Shown here: piece by piece, positions 36,461 through 50,379 of the stretch
Layout: the number at the start of each line of letters is the position of its first letter
Numbering within the stretch: position 1 is the first letter of the stretch
Origin: Mobula birostris
Lineage: Eukaryota
Direction: 5' to 3'
Length of the DNA stretch: 64,000 nt
NCBI RefSeq assembly: GCF_030028105.1
Contig: NC_092397.1
Span: 22,702,630-22,766,629 of the forward strand
Program-made: the position numbers and the translations under genes
Notes under the pieces: generated by a model
What the model saw: only the letters and a program-made list of their open reading frames with translations
What the model was told of the DNA's origin: nothing
The model's database searches: none

Positions 36461-38491
36461 ACCAGCAGTATGCCCACAAGAAAACTAACCTCAGGGTTGT
36501 ATATGGTGACAGAAATGTATTTTGATAGTACATTTACTTTCAGCTTTGAAGTTTGTAGTAGAGAGCCGGGTGTTGTACTGGTCTGTGCCCTCACTGGCCG
36601 GTGCTGTGCTCTGGCAACTCAGTGTGCTTGGTATACAGTGTCAGTGTTTTTACTGAAGTGTGTCCTTATTACACAATTGATCTTGTCCATCCTGGAGCTT
36701 GGAAGATTCACTGGCGACCAGAATGATCCTTTCAGACTATTATTGGGCAGAGAATCATTCTGTGATTGTCGAGACTATTTGACTCATCAAGTTAATACCA
36801 ACTCCTGCTACAACTTTTCCACAGTCCGATTCCCCACTCTGTTCCCACAGCACTGCAGGTCATTTCCCCTGAAGGACCTGTCTAATTCCTCTTTGAACAC
36901 TGGTTGTTCCTGCCACCACTCTGCTGAGTCCCATATTTCCCAAGGTGAAGTCAAGAATGTCCCCCTCCCTGGTGGACCACATATTGTTTCAGGAAACCTT
37001 CCTGAACACAAATAATGCCCCATCCAAGCCTCAGACGATCCAGAACTGGTCGCTGCGTTACTGCAGTACTTGTATCATCCCAGTCCGAAACAGACCCATT
37101 ATTCTGTCTCAGTATGATAACTGTCTTCAGTCAGTATTAACACACCTTCTTCCCAGTACTGAGCTCTGGTCTTGTGCACCAGCCTGCCATGTGGCACCTT
37201 GGCAAATGGCTCCTGAAAATCCAAAAACACCACTTCTCCAACTTCCCATGTAAAGTCTCAAATCTCTGGTATGTTTGTCAAACATGACTGAACATTCAAC
37301 ATCCCAGATTACAGGGTCCAAGACCAGGTTCCAGATGGACAGGGTGTGGAAGAGGCTTTTGGAACACTGGCCTTCAGTCAGGTCACGGAACACAAAAGCT
37401 GGAATGAGATGTTGCAGTTGTACAACACGTTGGTTTGGCTACATTTCGCAAATAGTGTTTAGTTTTAGTGACCCTGCTGTATGACAGACATGATTAAGCT
37501 GGAAAGAGTGCAGAGGAGATTTGTGGGGATGTTACTGGATCTCAAAGGATTTGTGGAAAGGTGTTTTGGACAATTTTCCCTGGAATGTTGGAGAATGAGT
37601 GCTGATATTGCAGAGGCGTATAAAATCATGAGGGATATGGAGGCTGGTCAGTAAATGGAATGAGCTGCTAAGGGGAGTGGTTGAGTCAGGTACATTAAAA
37701 AGGTACTTGGACAGGTAGATGGGAAGGAAAGATTTTGAAGTATCTGGGCCAAATGCAGAGGAATGGGACAAGGAGGAGGATAACCTTGTTCATAATGTGG
37801 TGTTGAGTGGGTTACAGACACAAGCTCAGTTGGGAACTTTGGTCGTTGTGGAATCTGCGTCAATCTGACTGTAGACCCTGTTGAGTTAGTTCAATGACAT
37901 TAAACTTTTCCAAACGACTTGTTATTTCTTCATAGATTATAGACTCCAGTAGCTGAAGTGAAGTTAACAAGACCACAGTTGCCTGCTTTTCATCTTCCAC
38001 CCTTCTTCAACAATGGTTTTCAACTCCACTGGAACCTTTCTGTAACACAGTGAGTTTTGACAAACTTCAATGTCTCTAATTTCTCTCCAGACTTCCTGTG
38101 AAAGCCTCCAGTGCAGGTCGTTGGGACCTGGTAAAGTTTGCTTTTAGTCCCATTAGTTTCTTCCTTGTGATGGCGATCGTTACACATTATGGCACAATGT
38201 TGAAATGTCACCGTTAGATATCTGTGGGATGGTTGTTGTGCCCCACTGTGAACACTAATGCAAATTATTGAGTTAACATCTCTGCGTGTTCCTTGTTACT
38301 TTTAGCTTTTATCTCATCACTGCTTCCTAGAAAATTCCTGATTCTCTTGTCTACCACCAGCCCTTGCCTCTTTGTATGTTCTTTGATTTAATATTTCCTT
38401 GAATGCCTTTGACCAGACCTCAGGATCTTGAGGCCACTCCTCCCCATGTCTTCTTTCCCTTCCTCGTTCATCATCATTCTCCCTACATATA

Positions 38492-40087
38492 AAGTGCCTT
38501 TGAAAAGTATTCACACCCCTTGGAAGTTTTCATGTTTTATAGTTTTACAACATTGAATCTCAGTGGATTGAATTTGGCTGTTTTGAAACTAAACAATGGA
38601 AAAAGACTCTTGTGTCAGAGTGAAAACAAATCTCTACAAAATGCTCTCAATTAATTACAAATCTAAAACACAAAATAATTGTCTGTTTAAGTATTCATCC
38701 CCTTTAATATGACACACCAAATCATCAGTGGTGCAGCCAATTAGTTTTCGATGTTACATAATCAGTTAATTGGAGATGACCGTGTGCAGTCAAGGTGTTT
38801 CAATTGATTGTAGTAATAGTACACCTGTAAGTAGAAGGTTGAACTGCTGGTGAGTCAGTATCCTGGGAGAAACTACACCGTGAAGACAAATCAACACTCC
38901 GAGCTGCTCTGCAAACAGGTAATTGAAAAACACAAGCCAGGAGATGGATACAAGAACATTTCCAAGTCACTGAATGCCCTTGGAGTATAGTTAAGTCACT
39001 CATCCAGAAGTGGGAAGAATATGGCACAGCTGTAAATCTACCAAGAGCAGACTATCCTCAAAAACTGAGTGGCCATGCAAGAAGGGGCCAGTGGGGGAGG
39101 CCACCAAGAGACCTATGATAACTCTAGAGGAGTTACAAGCTTCAGTGGTGGGAGAGATTGTGCATACATCAACTGTTGCCCGGGTGTTTCACCAGTCGCA
39201 GCTTTACGGGAGAGTGGCAGAGAAAAAGCCACTGTTGAAAAATGCTCTCATGAAATCTTGCCTGAAGTTTCCCAGAATTGTGGGGGACTCTGAAGTCAGT
39301 TGGAAGAAGATTCTGTGGTCTGACAAAAACAAAATTGAACTTTTTGACCATCACAAATACTAAGTTTGGAGTAAGCTAAACACCGTACAACATCAAAAAC
39401 ACACCATCCCTACCGTGAAGTATGGTGGAGGCTGCATCATCCTGTGGGTGTGCTTTACTGCAGCAGGCCCTGAAAGGCATGTAAAGGTAGAGGGTAAAAT
39501 GAATGCAGCAAAATACAGGGAAATCCTGGAGGAAAACCTAATTCAGTCTTCAAGAGAACTGCGACTTAGAGGAGAAAATTAATTTTCCAGCAAGACAATG
39601 ACCGCAAACATAAAACGAAAGCTGCACAGGAATGCCTTAAAACAACAAAGTTAATGTCCTGGAGTGGCTTTGTGAGAGTCCTGACCTCAATCCAATTGAG
39701 AATTTGTGGCTGGACTTGAAAAGATCTGTTCACTCACCAACCCATACATTCTGACAGAGCTTCAGCAGTTTTGTAAAGGAGAATGGGGAAAATTGCAGTG
39801 TTCAGATGTGCAAAGCTGATAGATACCTATCCACACAGACTCAACTGTAAATACTGTTAAAGGTGCATCAACTAATTACTGATTTGAAGGAGATGAATAC
39901 TAATGCAATGAATTATTTTTTGTTTTATATTTACAATTAATTTAGATCACTTTGTGGAGATCAGTTTTCACTTTGACACCGTGGAGTCTTTTCTGTTGAT
40001 CAGTGTCAAAAAAGCAAAATTAAATCCATTGCAAAACAATAAAACATAAAAACTTCTAAGGAGATTGAACATTTTTTATAGGCACTG
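38492..40087 (+). mobile_element. Tc1-like DNA transposon, IR/DR type, inactivated
   Basis: TA|AAGTGCCTTTGAAAAGTATTCA (first base mutated from C) at the left and TATAGGCACTG|TA at the right, long TIRs. Transposase pieces WKKILWSDKNKIELF, PTVKYGGGCI, FQQDND, SPDLNPIENLW. Confidence 0.9.
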
Positions 40088-40329
40088 TATCCACTCCTTC
40101 ACCAGCAGGTTATGAACAAATCCACCCTGCTCCTTTCCATTTTGCCGATTCCGTGTGGAACATTGAATACAGTGGAAGGTCGAATTCCCAGTTCCAGTCT
40201 CTGTTACCATGTCCCTGCAATAGCTTTTAGATCAAACATATTCGACAGTACACAATATGGGACAGATGCAACCTGCCCTTCGACCCACAATATCTGCACC
40301 AATCATGATAATGATCAGACTTTATAAAC

Positions 40330-42780
40330 CTGGGGAGGCCTCATTGGTGTATTGTGAGCAGTTTTGGGCCCTTTACCTTAGGAAGGATGAGCTGAAATTG
40401 GGTGGGTTTCAAAGGACGTTCTCCAGTTTGATTCCTGGATGAAACAGCTTGTCATATGAAGAGCGTTTGATGGCTCTGGGCCTGTTTTCTCTGGAATTTC
40501 TGAACAATGAGGGGTGGCCCATTTGAAACCTATCAAATGGTCAAAGGCAGTGATAAAGTGGATGTGCAGAAGATGGGACTGTCTAATATCAGAGGACATA
40601 GCCTCAGAATAGAGGATCGTCCTTGTAGAATGTGGAGATGGGGAATTTCTTTAGCCAGAGAGTGGTGAATCTGTAGAATTCATTGCCAAAGGAAGCTGTT
40701 AAGCCAGGACTTTATGTATATTTAAGGCAGAGGTTGATAGATTCTTGATTGGTCAGAGTATGAAGGGATACAGGGGAAAGGCAGGAGACTGGGGCTGAGA
40801 GGAAAAATGGATCAGCCACAATGAAATGTCGGAGCAGACTTGATGGGCCAAATGGTCTAATTCTGCTCCTATACCTTAGTCTGTATTATCTCCTCAAAAA
40901 CCTCAATCAATTTTATCATGTGTGATCTGCCCACAGAAAACCATGCTGATTGTCCCTTAACAGGCCATGCCTTTCCAAATGTGCATAAATCCTGTACCTC
41001 AATATCCTCCCCAGTAGCTTCTCTACCACTGAAATGAGGCTGCCTTGCCTATAGGTTCCTGGATTCTTGTTATTTCCCTTCTTAATCAAAACTGCAACAT
41101 TTGCAACACTCCAGTCCTGTGGGACCTCACATGTTGTGATCGAGGACACATAGATCCTTGTCAAATCCCCAGCAATCTGCTCGCCTGCTTCCTTTACTAT
41201 TGTAGGATATATGCCTTCAGGCCTGGAGTGTTATCCATCTTATTGATTTTCAGACATCCCAGCACAACCTCCTCCTTAATCTCAACATGTCTCTGCACAT
41301 TAGCATGTCTCACTCTGTTTTCATTGCCATTCAATTCCTTCTCATAAATACTAACACAACGTACCCATTTAGTACCTCAGCCACTTGGTCTGACTTCAAC
41401 CACATCATTCCTCCTTTAATCTTGAGTCGACCTTTCCATTCTCTGGTTATCCTCGTTTTATTAATACAAGTCACAAGGCCTTGGGATTATCTTTAGTCCC
41501 ACTTCACAAGGACCGGTTGTGGCCCCGATTTGGCCTTTCCTATCATCTGCTTTAGCATTTCCCTGCTATCGTTATATTCCAAAGGTACCCAGTCTGACTT
41601 TAGCTTCACAAACCTTACATATCCTTCTGTCTAAATTTAGGATCTCTGTGCTCATCCGAAGTTCCCTTCCCCCTCCTCACTCCTCACCGAACATGCTGAT
41701 CCTGAACTCAGAGTTGCTGCTCTTTAAACAACTCCCACATATCAGATGTGGACTTGTCTGACAGTGGCTGCTCCCGATCAATGCCCCTTGGCTCCTGCCT
41801 TCCTCCGTCCTGACTTGTCCTCCTGCAAATTAGTACTTTCATACAAGATCTAATTTTATTCTACTCATAAGTTTTAAAAAAAAAAGTTGTGATCACTGTT
41901 CCCAAAATGTTCACTGACTCTTGGCTGTTAGTTGGCCTGGCTCGTTTCTCAAAACTAATTCCTGTATGTTCTCAACTCTGGTTGGGCCCTGTACATAATG
42001 TTCCAAACACTCCTCTAATTCAATGAACAAATCTTGTGCATCTAAGTATTAAGCAAGATCCAGTCAATTCTAGGGAAGATGAAGTCCCTCACTATGACAA
42101 CCCTGTTGTTCTGCACCTCTCCATAAGCATCAACATATATGATCCTCCACCTCCCGGTGGTTATTGGGGGCCAATACAATAATCCCATCAGTGTAACTGC
42201 AGATTGCCTCTGTAAATGAGCCTTCCAGTTTGCTGTGACATTCCCAGTGGGGTAACCTCTGCATCTTTTAACCGCCCCCCCCCCCATCCCCAGTCACATG
42301 TAAAACAATCAAACCCAGGAATGTTGAGCTGCCAGCCCTGTCCGTCTGACAACATAACGCTCCTAATGTTGAAATAAACTCATTTCAGCCGATCAGTCCC
42401 ACCATGTTTATTAGCCTGACATTGGCTCTCGTTCTTTTCAGACTGTCTTGTCATACATACATTCTCCCACTTGCTACTCTAGTTCAAACTCTGCCAAGTG
42501 ACACCATCAAACCTCCTGGCGAAAATGTTGGTTCCCGTCCGGTTCAGATGCAAATGGTCTCGTTTGTCCTGGTCTCCCACCTGCCTGGAAGAGAGCCCAT
42601 TGATCCATGAAGACCTCCCTCCCGCATCAGTTCCTCAGCAACATATTAAACTGCATGAAATATCGATTTCCCACCCCACAGCCACATGCTTTGCATCGTA
42701 ATACAATCCTGGAAGTCCTGATTTTTGTTAACCTTGTTCCCGAAAATCACTGTGCAGGACCTCATCCCTGCTCGTTCAAA
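40330..42780. mobile_element. Decayed CR1 fragments (+ at about 40330-40880, - at about 40890-42780)
   Basis: YCEQFWALYLRKD on plus; VPQDWSVANVAVLIKKG and VVIVRDFIFPRIDW on minus. Confidence 0.7.
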
Positions 42781-42951
42781 CCCTTCCGTGTAGCATGAAG
42801 GCGGCTCCCCGGAAACATATTGGCTCCCCTCCTCCTTGGACCCGTCTCTCGTTTCCCTTGAGACCCAATGATCCTTGTACCTGAAGACCCACCCACCTCA
42901 CAACCGCTCCTCAGCCACCCCTTTACCTGGGCTTTAGAAGATTCCAGAAGC

Positions 42952-43527
42952 CATAGTCATTGTCATACTTTATTGATCCCGGGGGAAATTGGTTTTCGTT
43001 ACAGTTGCACCATAAATAATAGTATTAGAACCATTAATAATTTAAATAGTAATATGTAAATTATGCCAGTAAATTATGAAATAAGTCCAGGACCAGCCTA
43101 TCGGCTCATGGTGTCTGACCCTCCAAGGGAGGAGTTGTGAAGTTTGATGGCCACAAGCAGGAATGACTTCCTATGACGCTCAGTGCTGCATCTCGGTGGA
43201 ATGAGTCTCTGGCTGAATGTACTCCTGTGCCCACCCAGTACATTATGTAGTGGATGGGAGACATTGACCGAGATGGCATGCAACTTAGACAGCATCCTCT
43301 TTTCAGACACCACCGTGAGAGAGTCCAGTTCCATCCCCACAACATCACTGGCCTTACGAATGAGTTTGTTGATTCTGTTGGTGTCTGCTACCCTCAGCCT
43401 GCTGCCCCAGCACACAACAGCAAACATGATAGCACTGGCCACCACAGACTCGTAGAACATCCTCAGCATCGTCCGGCAGATGTTAAAGGACCTCAGTCTC
43501 CTCAGGAAATAGAGACGGCTCTGACCC
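42952..43527 (-). mobile_element. Rex1-like LINE 3' fragment
   Basis: ORF 43098-43469 MLRMFYESVVASAIMFAVVCWG...; tatgac-type tail at 42952. Confidence 0.88.
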
Positions 43528-44067
43528 TTAGAGAAGCGCAGTCTATATATCTGGTTATGTATCCTGTTCCTGTATGTGACCGGTCTTTCATTTCCCTGGC
43601 GATCCAGAGGAACAATTGTTCTAATGAATTAACCCTCTCATCACTGGAAGTGACTGCACCCTCGCCCACCAACTGCTGTGTGTGAGGGCGCTCGCACTGG
43701 TCAAGGATCCGGGGAGGGACAGACCGAGGTGCTTGGGGATTTGCGGAATGGAAAAGCACTTTCTATAATTTAAAGCAGGAGAATCGGCAAATTCCCAGAA
43801 AACCCCTAGTATGTACGTGGTGTGTGAGGGAGTTTTGTTTTTCGCTGGAGCGCTTTGTGTCGGGTGAATCGTTGGAAATTGGCGGTTGTGGTAAAGTGAA
43901 GGCGGAGCTGGACGATGAGAGGCCGCTCTCGGCTCTGTCCGTCACTCTGACTCTGTCTCCTCCCCTCCCCGCCTCTGTCTCTCTGCGCGTTTCTCGGGCA
44001 GGTCGGGGCGCTGTGTATAAGAGGAGACAGCAGCAGGCAATTTGTCAGTGAGCAGCGACCTGAGTGA

Positions 44068-44388
<321 letters not shown>

Positions 44389-44421
44389 AAATCTCCCACT
44401 TCCTCCCGAGCACAAAACAAA

Positions 44422-44437
44422 GGCTCTTCTAAGAGCC
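44422..44437 (+). terminator. Histone 3' stem-loop (H4)
   Basis: GGCTCTTCTAAGAGCC preceded by CAAA, followed by ACCCA and a purine-rich HDE-like segment. Confidence 0.95.
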
Positions 44438-44873
44438 ACCCACCGCCTCACAGACGGAGCCGTATCCATAGACTTTTAATTATTTTTATCGATATATTCA
44501 GCTGTGTTACATTTGAAACAGATTAATCAGTTCCGCTTGAAATATTCCTGCGAATCTGCCTTTCCAGTCGGTGATTACTTCAGAACCTCTGAACGCATTA
44601 AGATCGATCTTAATCCTCTTATCCGTCGCGAACAGAAATCAGCTCAGTCGTTTCGAGAAACGATTCCAGAATTATGAATTTAAATCTTGACTGGAATTAG
44701 ATATTAAATTCATTAAAAGAAACTGACATTGTATAATCCTTGATACAATTAATGGTAAATAATTTTAAAAGTAGTCAAGCACCGTTGCTGGGTGCTCTGA
44801 ATTGGCGGGCAATTTGAAATTAATCCTGCGCCAATCACACTGTATTCTGATCCGATGAAGTCCGACCGCCAGT

Positions 44874-45081
44874 AAATTCCTGGAGATCCTTCACTATGAC
44901 GTGGTGTGTTTCTCTCTCTCTCTCTGGAGCTCTGTGTTTCGGAAAAAACATTGGAAATTGCCGGGTGTATTAAAGTGAAGACAGACCTGGAAGAGGAGAG
45001 GCCGGTCTCGGCTCTGTCCGTCACTCTGACTCTGTCTCCTCCTCTCCCCGCCTCTGTCTCTCTGCGCGTTTCTCGGGCAGG
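44874..45081 (+). promoter_or_regulatory. Orphan duplicate of the H4 upstream region
   Basis: Paralog of 43788-44002 (near-identical ctcggctctgtccgtcactctgactctgtctcctc...tttctcgggcagg) that stops before the TATA box and has no H4 CDS. Confidence 0.85.
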
Positions 45082-45329
45082 AGTAGCGGCAGAGGACTGG
45101 AGGATGGGTTATGTTGTGCAGTAATTTAGAATCGAAGGAAAACTAAACCCAAGAAACTGTGCAGATGCTGATAGAGAGTCTCGGCCTGAAACGCCGGCTG
45201 TTTACTCGCTGTCTGGCCTGCTGAGTTCCTCCAGCATTGTGTGTGTGTCGCTGCAAGGAAAAGCCCGGGAGCTTCAGACTGGTGAGACTCGTGTCTGGAA
45301 GGAGAGATCACGTGATCCAGGGCCCTGGA

Positions 45330-47670
45330 TACAATATCGGCCTGGTGGTTGGAGAAAAAGTCATTATTTAGACTGGAGACCTGTGATCAATAGTCTGGCA
45401 CCGGGATTCGAGTCAAGTCTGCTGTTGCTAAAGACTCGGCTGACAATGTCAACGTCCGGCTCAGCAAATTTATCGATGTCAGTAAAGTTGGTGATATCGT
45501 GGAGTGTGAAACAATGTAACTAACATTACAACAGGATAGTGATCAATGAGGTCACTGATTTGAGGAATGACAGATAAATGTGAGATGTTCCATTGTCATT
45601 GACGAACCAGGGCAGAACTGCCGTGGGGAATGGTCTGGCCCTGGGTGTGCTGTAAAACAGAGATATCGGGGTGCAGATATCGAATTCCTTCAGAGTGTAA
45701 ACACAGGTAGGCAGGACGGTGAAGAAGCTGTTCGCTACACTCGCATTCATCGGTCAGAGAATCGGGCACTGGACTGTGACGGCACATTACAACTCTACCA
45801 GCCTTGGGGAAACTACTCTCGGAGCACGGAGTACAGTTATAGTTGCCCTGGGCTCAGAGGGTGACATTAAACTGGAGAGGGTGCAAAAGGGATTTAACAG
45901 GAGGCTGGATAGGCCAGGACCTTTCTCACCAGAGTGTATGTGACATTAGAGAGGTGAGAAAATAATGGCAGTCATTGATACGGTCAATAGTGAATCTGTT
46001 ATCTCCAGGGATATGGAGTTGGAAGCGAGAGATTACAGATATAAAGTGAAAGAGGGAAGTTTTAAATGGGATCCTGAGGAACAGGTTTTATACACAGAAT
46101 GTGCTGTTCACATGGAACAAACTACCCCAAGTGGTGGTGTAGTTGGGCACAGTTGCAATATCTCTTGGACTGTGGAGAAGGAAGTTTCACAGGGACATGG
46201 GCCAAATGCAAGTAACTGACGATGGTTTTGTTTGGCCACTTGGTCAGCATGGATGTGTTGGGCTGAAGGGCCTGTTTCTGTGCTGCATAACTCAGTGACT
46301 ACGTCTGCTGCTGTGGCAGAGCGGGAGGGACAGTGTCAGTAGTGAGAAGGTTTGGGGGATGTATACAGGAGAGTGAATGGTTGAGGATGTGGCAGATGGA
46401 ACAGAATGTGGGGAAATGTGAGATCACCCATTCCCAGGAACAAACTATAAGAGTCATTTCCACAGGGGGATGTTCAGAGGGACCTGGGCGTCCTTGTAAA
46501 CAAATCACTTGAGTTAACATGCAGATACAGCAAGTAATGAGAGAGGCAAACAGTATTTTGTCCTGTGATCCAGGGGGATTGGAGAAGAGGGTACAGATGT
46601 CTCAATGGGTTATATAGGGCCCTGGTGAGAGCACACCTTGAGTATTGTGTCCAGGTTTGGTCACACTTCCTCAGGAAGGATATGCCTGCAATAGAGCAAG
46701 TACAGTGACTGTTCCTCACACTGACTGGGCTGGTTCCAGGGATGGAAGCTTGGTTATGTGGGAGGAGAGTGAGTGGGCCGGGTCTGTATTCCCTGCAGTT
46801 AATGAGAAAACAAGGAAATCTGTTAGATTCTTTCAGGATGTGACAGGCAGTCGGCAAGGAGAATGTTTCCCCTGAATGAGAACTCGATAACTGAGGAAAA
46901 TACCCTCAGAATAAGGTGTAAACCACAAACACAAGAGAATCTGCTGATGCTGGAAGTTCAAAACAACACACACAATCTGCATCGACTCGTTACTCTTTTC
47001 CATAGGTGCTGTCTGGCTTGCTGACTTCCTCCAGCATTTTGTGTCTGTTGCTCAGAATGAGGTGACAACCATTCAGGATGGAAATGAGATGATATTTCTT
47101 TAAACAAAGAACAAAGAACTTCTGTATTCCTTATATAAGTAATGTGGAGCCTCAGGTGCTGGGTTGAGTCAAAGCTGAGATCAACGCTCTCTGGGACAGT
47201 TTTAGTCATAAGATATAGGAGCAGAATTCGGCCATTTGGCTCAGAGAGCCTGCTCTGCCATTTCATCATCACTGATCAATTTTTCCTCTGAGCCCCAATC
47301 TCTTGCCGCCTTTTGTATCCCTTTGTGCCCTGACCAATCAAGAATCTATCAATCTCGGCCTATACCCGGTGATTTGGCCTCCACAGCTCCCTTTGGCAAA
47401 AAAAAAATCACAGATCCACCACTGTCTGGCTGAAGAAATTCCTCCTCATCTCCATTCTAAAAGGACACCCCTCTATTTTGAAGCTGTGTGGTGCAGTTTT
47501 CGACACTCCCACCACAGGAAAAATCCTCTCCACATCCACTCACTCAAGCCCTTTCACTATTTGATAGGTTTCAATTCAGTAACTCCTCTTTCTTCGATGT
47601 TCCAGTGAATAGAGGCCCAGCGCCGTGAAACTCTCTTCATTAGACATGCCATTTAATCCTGGTAAAATTC
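45330..47670. mobile_element. Old CR1 fragments
   Basis: KLERVQKGFNR; ttatatagggccctggtgagagcacaccttgagtattgtgtccag (LYRALVRAHLEYCVQ); CR1 3' ends at about 46290 and 47200. Confidence 0.7.
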
Positions 47671-47987
47671 TCCATTTGTAACGTCATGTCAGCACAACAA
47701 AATAAGGATTTCAGAGATTTTTGCATTTTGGAATTACGGATCAATCTGCAGAACCTTAATCACTAGTTTGTACTGCAGTGAACACTGTTTATCCATGCAG
47801 TCCCAGCCATACAGATGCAAAATAAAGACAGGTATAAATTTAAAGTTTGGGAGTTGAACCCGACTGGAGGTAAAGCCTGATTACTAGGCCTCAGAACTTT
47901 GTACTCCCCAAATCGTCAAAATAACGCCAAGTAACAAGGTTTAAAACACCCACGACATGCAGAATTACATGCCTCTCGTTATCTTGG

Positions 47988-48337
<350 letters not shown>

Positions 48338-49074
48338 AGCTCCCCAGTGAGATGATCGAAAACACAACGGCTCTTTTAAGAGCCACACACGATTTCACTG
48401 AGAGTTGTACTAAAATTTAGACAATAAATGGCATATATTTTATGTCTGGTGGCTTACAAGACGGTTGGAGTATCCGGTTACTCTTCTCCGTATAATCCCG
48501 GTGCTTTACATTCCTCCCACTGCACTGACACGGAATTGTTACCTCCCCATCCCCATCAGTCTGTCCCTGCCGGTATACATGTCGAGCGGAGGATTGCTAC
48601 CGTTGCTGTTTTAGCTGTGGGTTCAGGAAGTTTATTAGTTACAGTTGGGGAACCTCTGAATATTATTTCAATGCGAGGCTGGAACCAGTTCATGGTTCTT
48701 TCATAGAACAACTTTTTAAAATTGCAGTCTAGAGGCTGGTCACAGTTTGAGAAGAGCCGTTTGTCCATAACCTGATAACGTTTACACAATGACCGGCACC
48801 GGGCAGAAGCTGAGTGTCAGTTTTACTCGGTTCCGTTACGGGTTGAATGAAATCAGAGTTCCCAGACATTTCAATATCAACTACACTTGCATTAAATGTG
48901 CCCGGTTTCAGTAACGAGGAAATGGCGAACACTCAGTCTTCAAACAGATCAGCAATTATTTAATTTCTGATTAAATTTGAACAAGAGATTTATTTTCTGG
49001 CGGGCTTTTTCGAAATTTCAGTGCACTTTGGGGAGGAGACGGTTACTTTCCGCGCTTCTACCTTTACGGACTGC

Positions 49075-49190
49075 TGATTGGTGATTAAGGCAGCTCTTCG
49101 ATTGGGACGTTTCTCTTCACCAATGAGAATAAGCACGGTTACACCAATCACAAACATCAGTTTGCATTCTCAAAGAAGGTATAAAAAGGG
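49075..49190 (+). promoter_or_regulatory. H2A promoter
   Basis: ATTGG 49077 and 49101, CCAAT 49120 and 49144, octamer-like GTTTGCAT 49160-49167, TATAAAAA 49180-49187. Confidence 0.85.
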
Positions 49191-49251
49191 CGAGATGGGG
49201 CGGGGTGAACATTCTTTCATTATCGGTGGAGCAGTTACTGTGACTGTGGAA

Positions 49252-49635
49252 ATGTCTGGACGTGGAAAAGGCACCGCTGGCAAAGTTCGGTCCAAAGCCA
49301 AATCTCGCTCGTCCCGGGCTGGACTGCAGTTCCCGGTCGGCCGGGTTCACAGACTCCTAAGAAAGGGCAACTATGCTGAGCGGGTGGGTGCCGGAGCCCC
49401 GGTTTATCTGGCTGCTGTGCTCGAGTATCTGACAGCAGAAATCCTCGAATTGGCCGGCAACGCGGCCCGGGACAATAAGAAAACCCGCATCATCCCCCGA
49501 CACCTGCAGCTGGCCGTCCGCAACGACGAGGAGCTGAACAAGCTGCTGGGAGGGGTGACTATCGCTCAGGGCGGTGTGTTACCCAATATCCAGGCCGTGC
49601 TGTTGCCCAAGAAAACCGGCGGTGCCAGTAAGTGA
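49252..49635 (+). CDS. H2A: Histone H2A, replication-dependent, intact (127 aa)
   Basis: [41 protein letters not shown]...[12 protein letters not shown]; true start at 49252, downstream of the TATA box; no SQ(E/D)Y motif. Confidence 0.97.
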   Translation: MSGRGKGTAGKVRSKAKSRSSRAGLQFPVGRVHRLLRKGNYAERVGAGAPVYLAAVLEYLTAEILELAGNAARDNKKTRIIPRHLQLAVRNDEELNKLLGGVTIAQGGVLPNIQAVLLPKKTGGASK

Positions 49636-49665
49636 AGCGACGTAAACTGAACCTATTTACCCAAA

Positions 49666-49681
49666 GGCTCTTTTCAGAGCC
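49666..49681 (+). terminator. Histone 3' stem-loop (H2A)
   Basis: CCAAA-GGCTCTTTTCAGAGCC-ACTCA followed by a purine-rich GGAAGGG. Confidence 0.95.
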
Positions 49682-50379
49682 ACTCACAGCGTCTGTGGAA
49701 GGGCTGAGCAGCGGATGATTTCCGTTCAGAGTAACCGGGCAGTGTATCTGTCACAGCCCCGACAGTTCTCTCTCCGTCACGTTTTTTTTTCGCGAAGTAA
49801 ACCGATATCTACCTGCACAGAAATCGGTCCGCTTCGGTCCTGACTCATTTCCCCTCTCTGCCGGCTCAATGGAGCTCTCTCCCCTTGCGGAGAGTCAGTG
49901 GGTTCGCTCGGCCCAGGGTCATGAAATGAATTTCCAGAGTCAGCCCCCCGGACGGAGAATTTAATCTCCGATCATTGAACGATTCCGCTCTTCATGACTG
50001 AATCCGCGCTGGCTGGGTTTGACATTGCGGGTTGACCCGGGACCGTTCCGGTGTGCAGCAGGCGGGAACACCGCCTGTTCGTTGTCTCATGAGAATTCCC
50101 ACCGCCTCACAGAACAATAATATCTGCTGCTTTACATTTATCTACAAAACTACATTTACCCTGTTGGAACTGACAGTATTTACTGGAAATCTCGTCCACC
50201 CAGGTCTCTGAAATATAAATGAATATTTTGCGAGAGAGTTTGGTCAGATCTCCCGAGAGGCTCCCTCTGTCAGGCGGTGGGTCGCTCTGAGAACCGACTT
50301 TGGTTTGTGCCAGGGAGGGGGTGGGTGGGTGGGTCGAGGTCTCCAGCACCGAAGGACCCGTCACTTGTCGAGTCTGATT

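Noticed and set aside
36800-38230. Candidate downstream exons for the 29521 first exon
   Set aside because: Minus-strand translation shows old CR1 EN/RT (CVQEGFLKQYV, VFLDFQEPFAKVPHGRL, LMGLKA..PGPNDLH).
49078-49251. 58-aa N-terminal extension of H2A in the ORF track
   Set aside because: It starts at a non-ATG codon and runs through the CCAAT and TATA boxes; the true start is 49252.
49600-49635. H2A as H2A.X or another variant
   Set aside because: The C-terminus KKTGGASK lacks SQ(E/D)Y, and the gene is intronless with a stem-loop, so it is canonical type.
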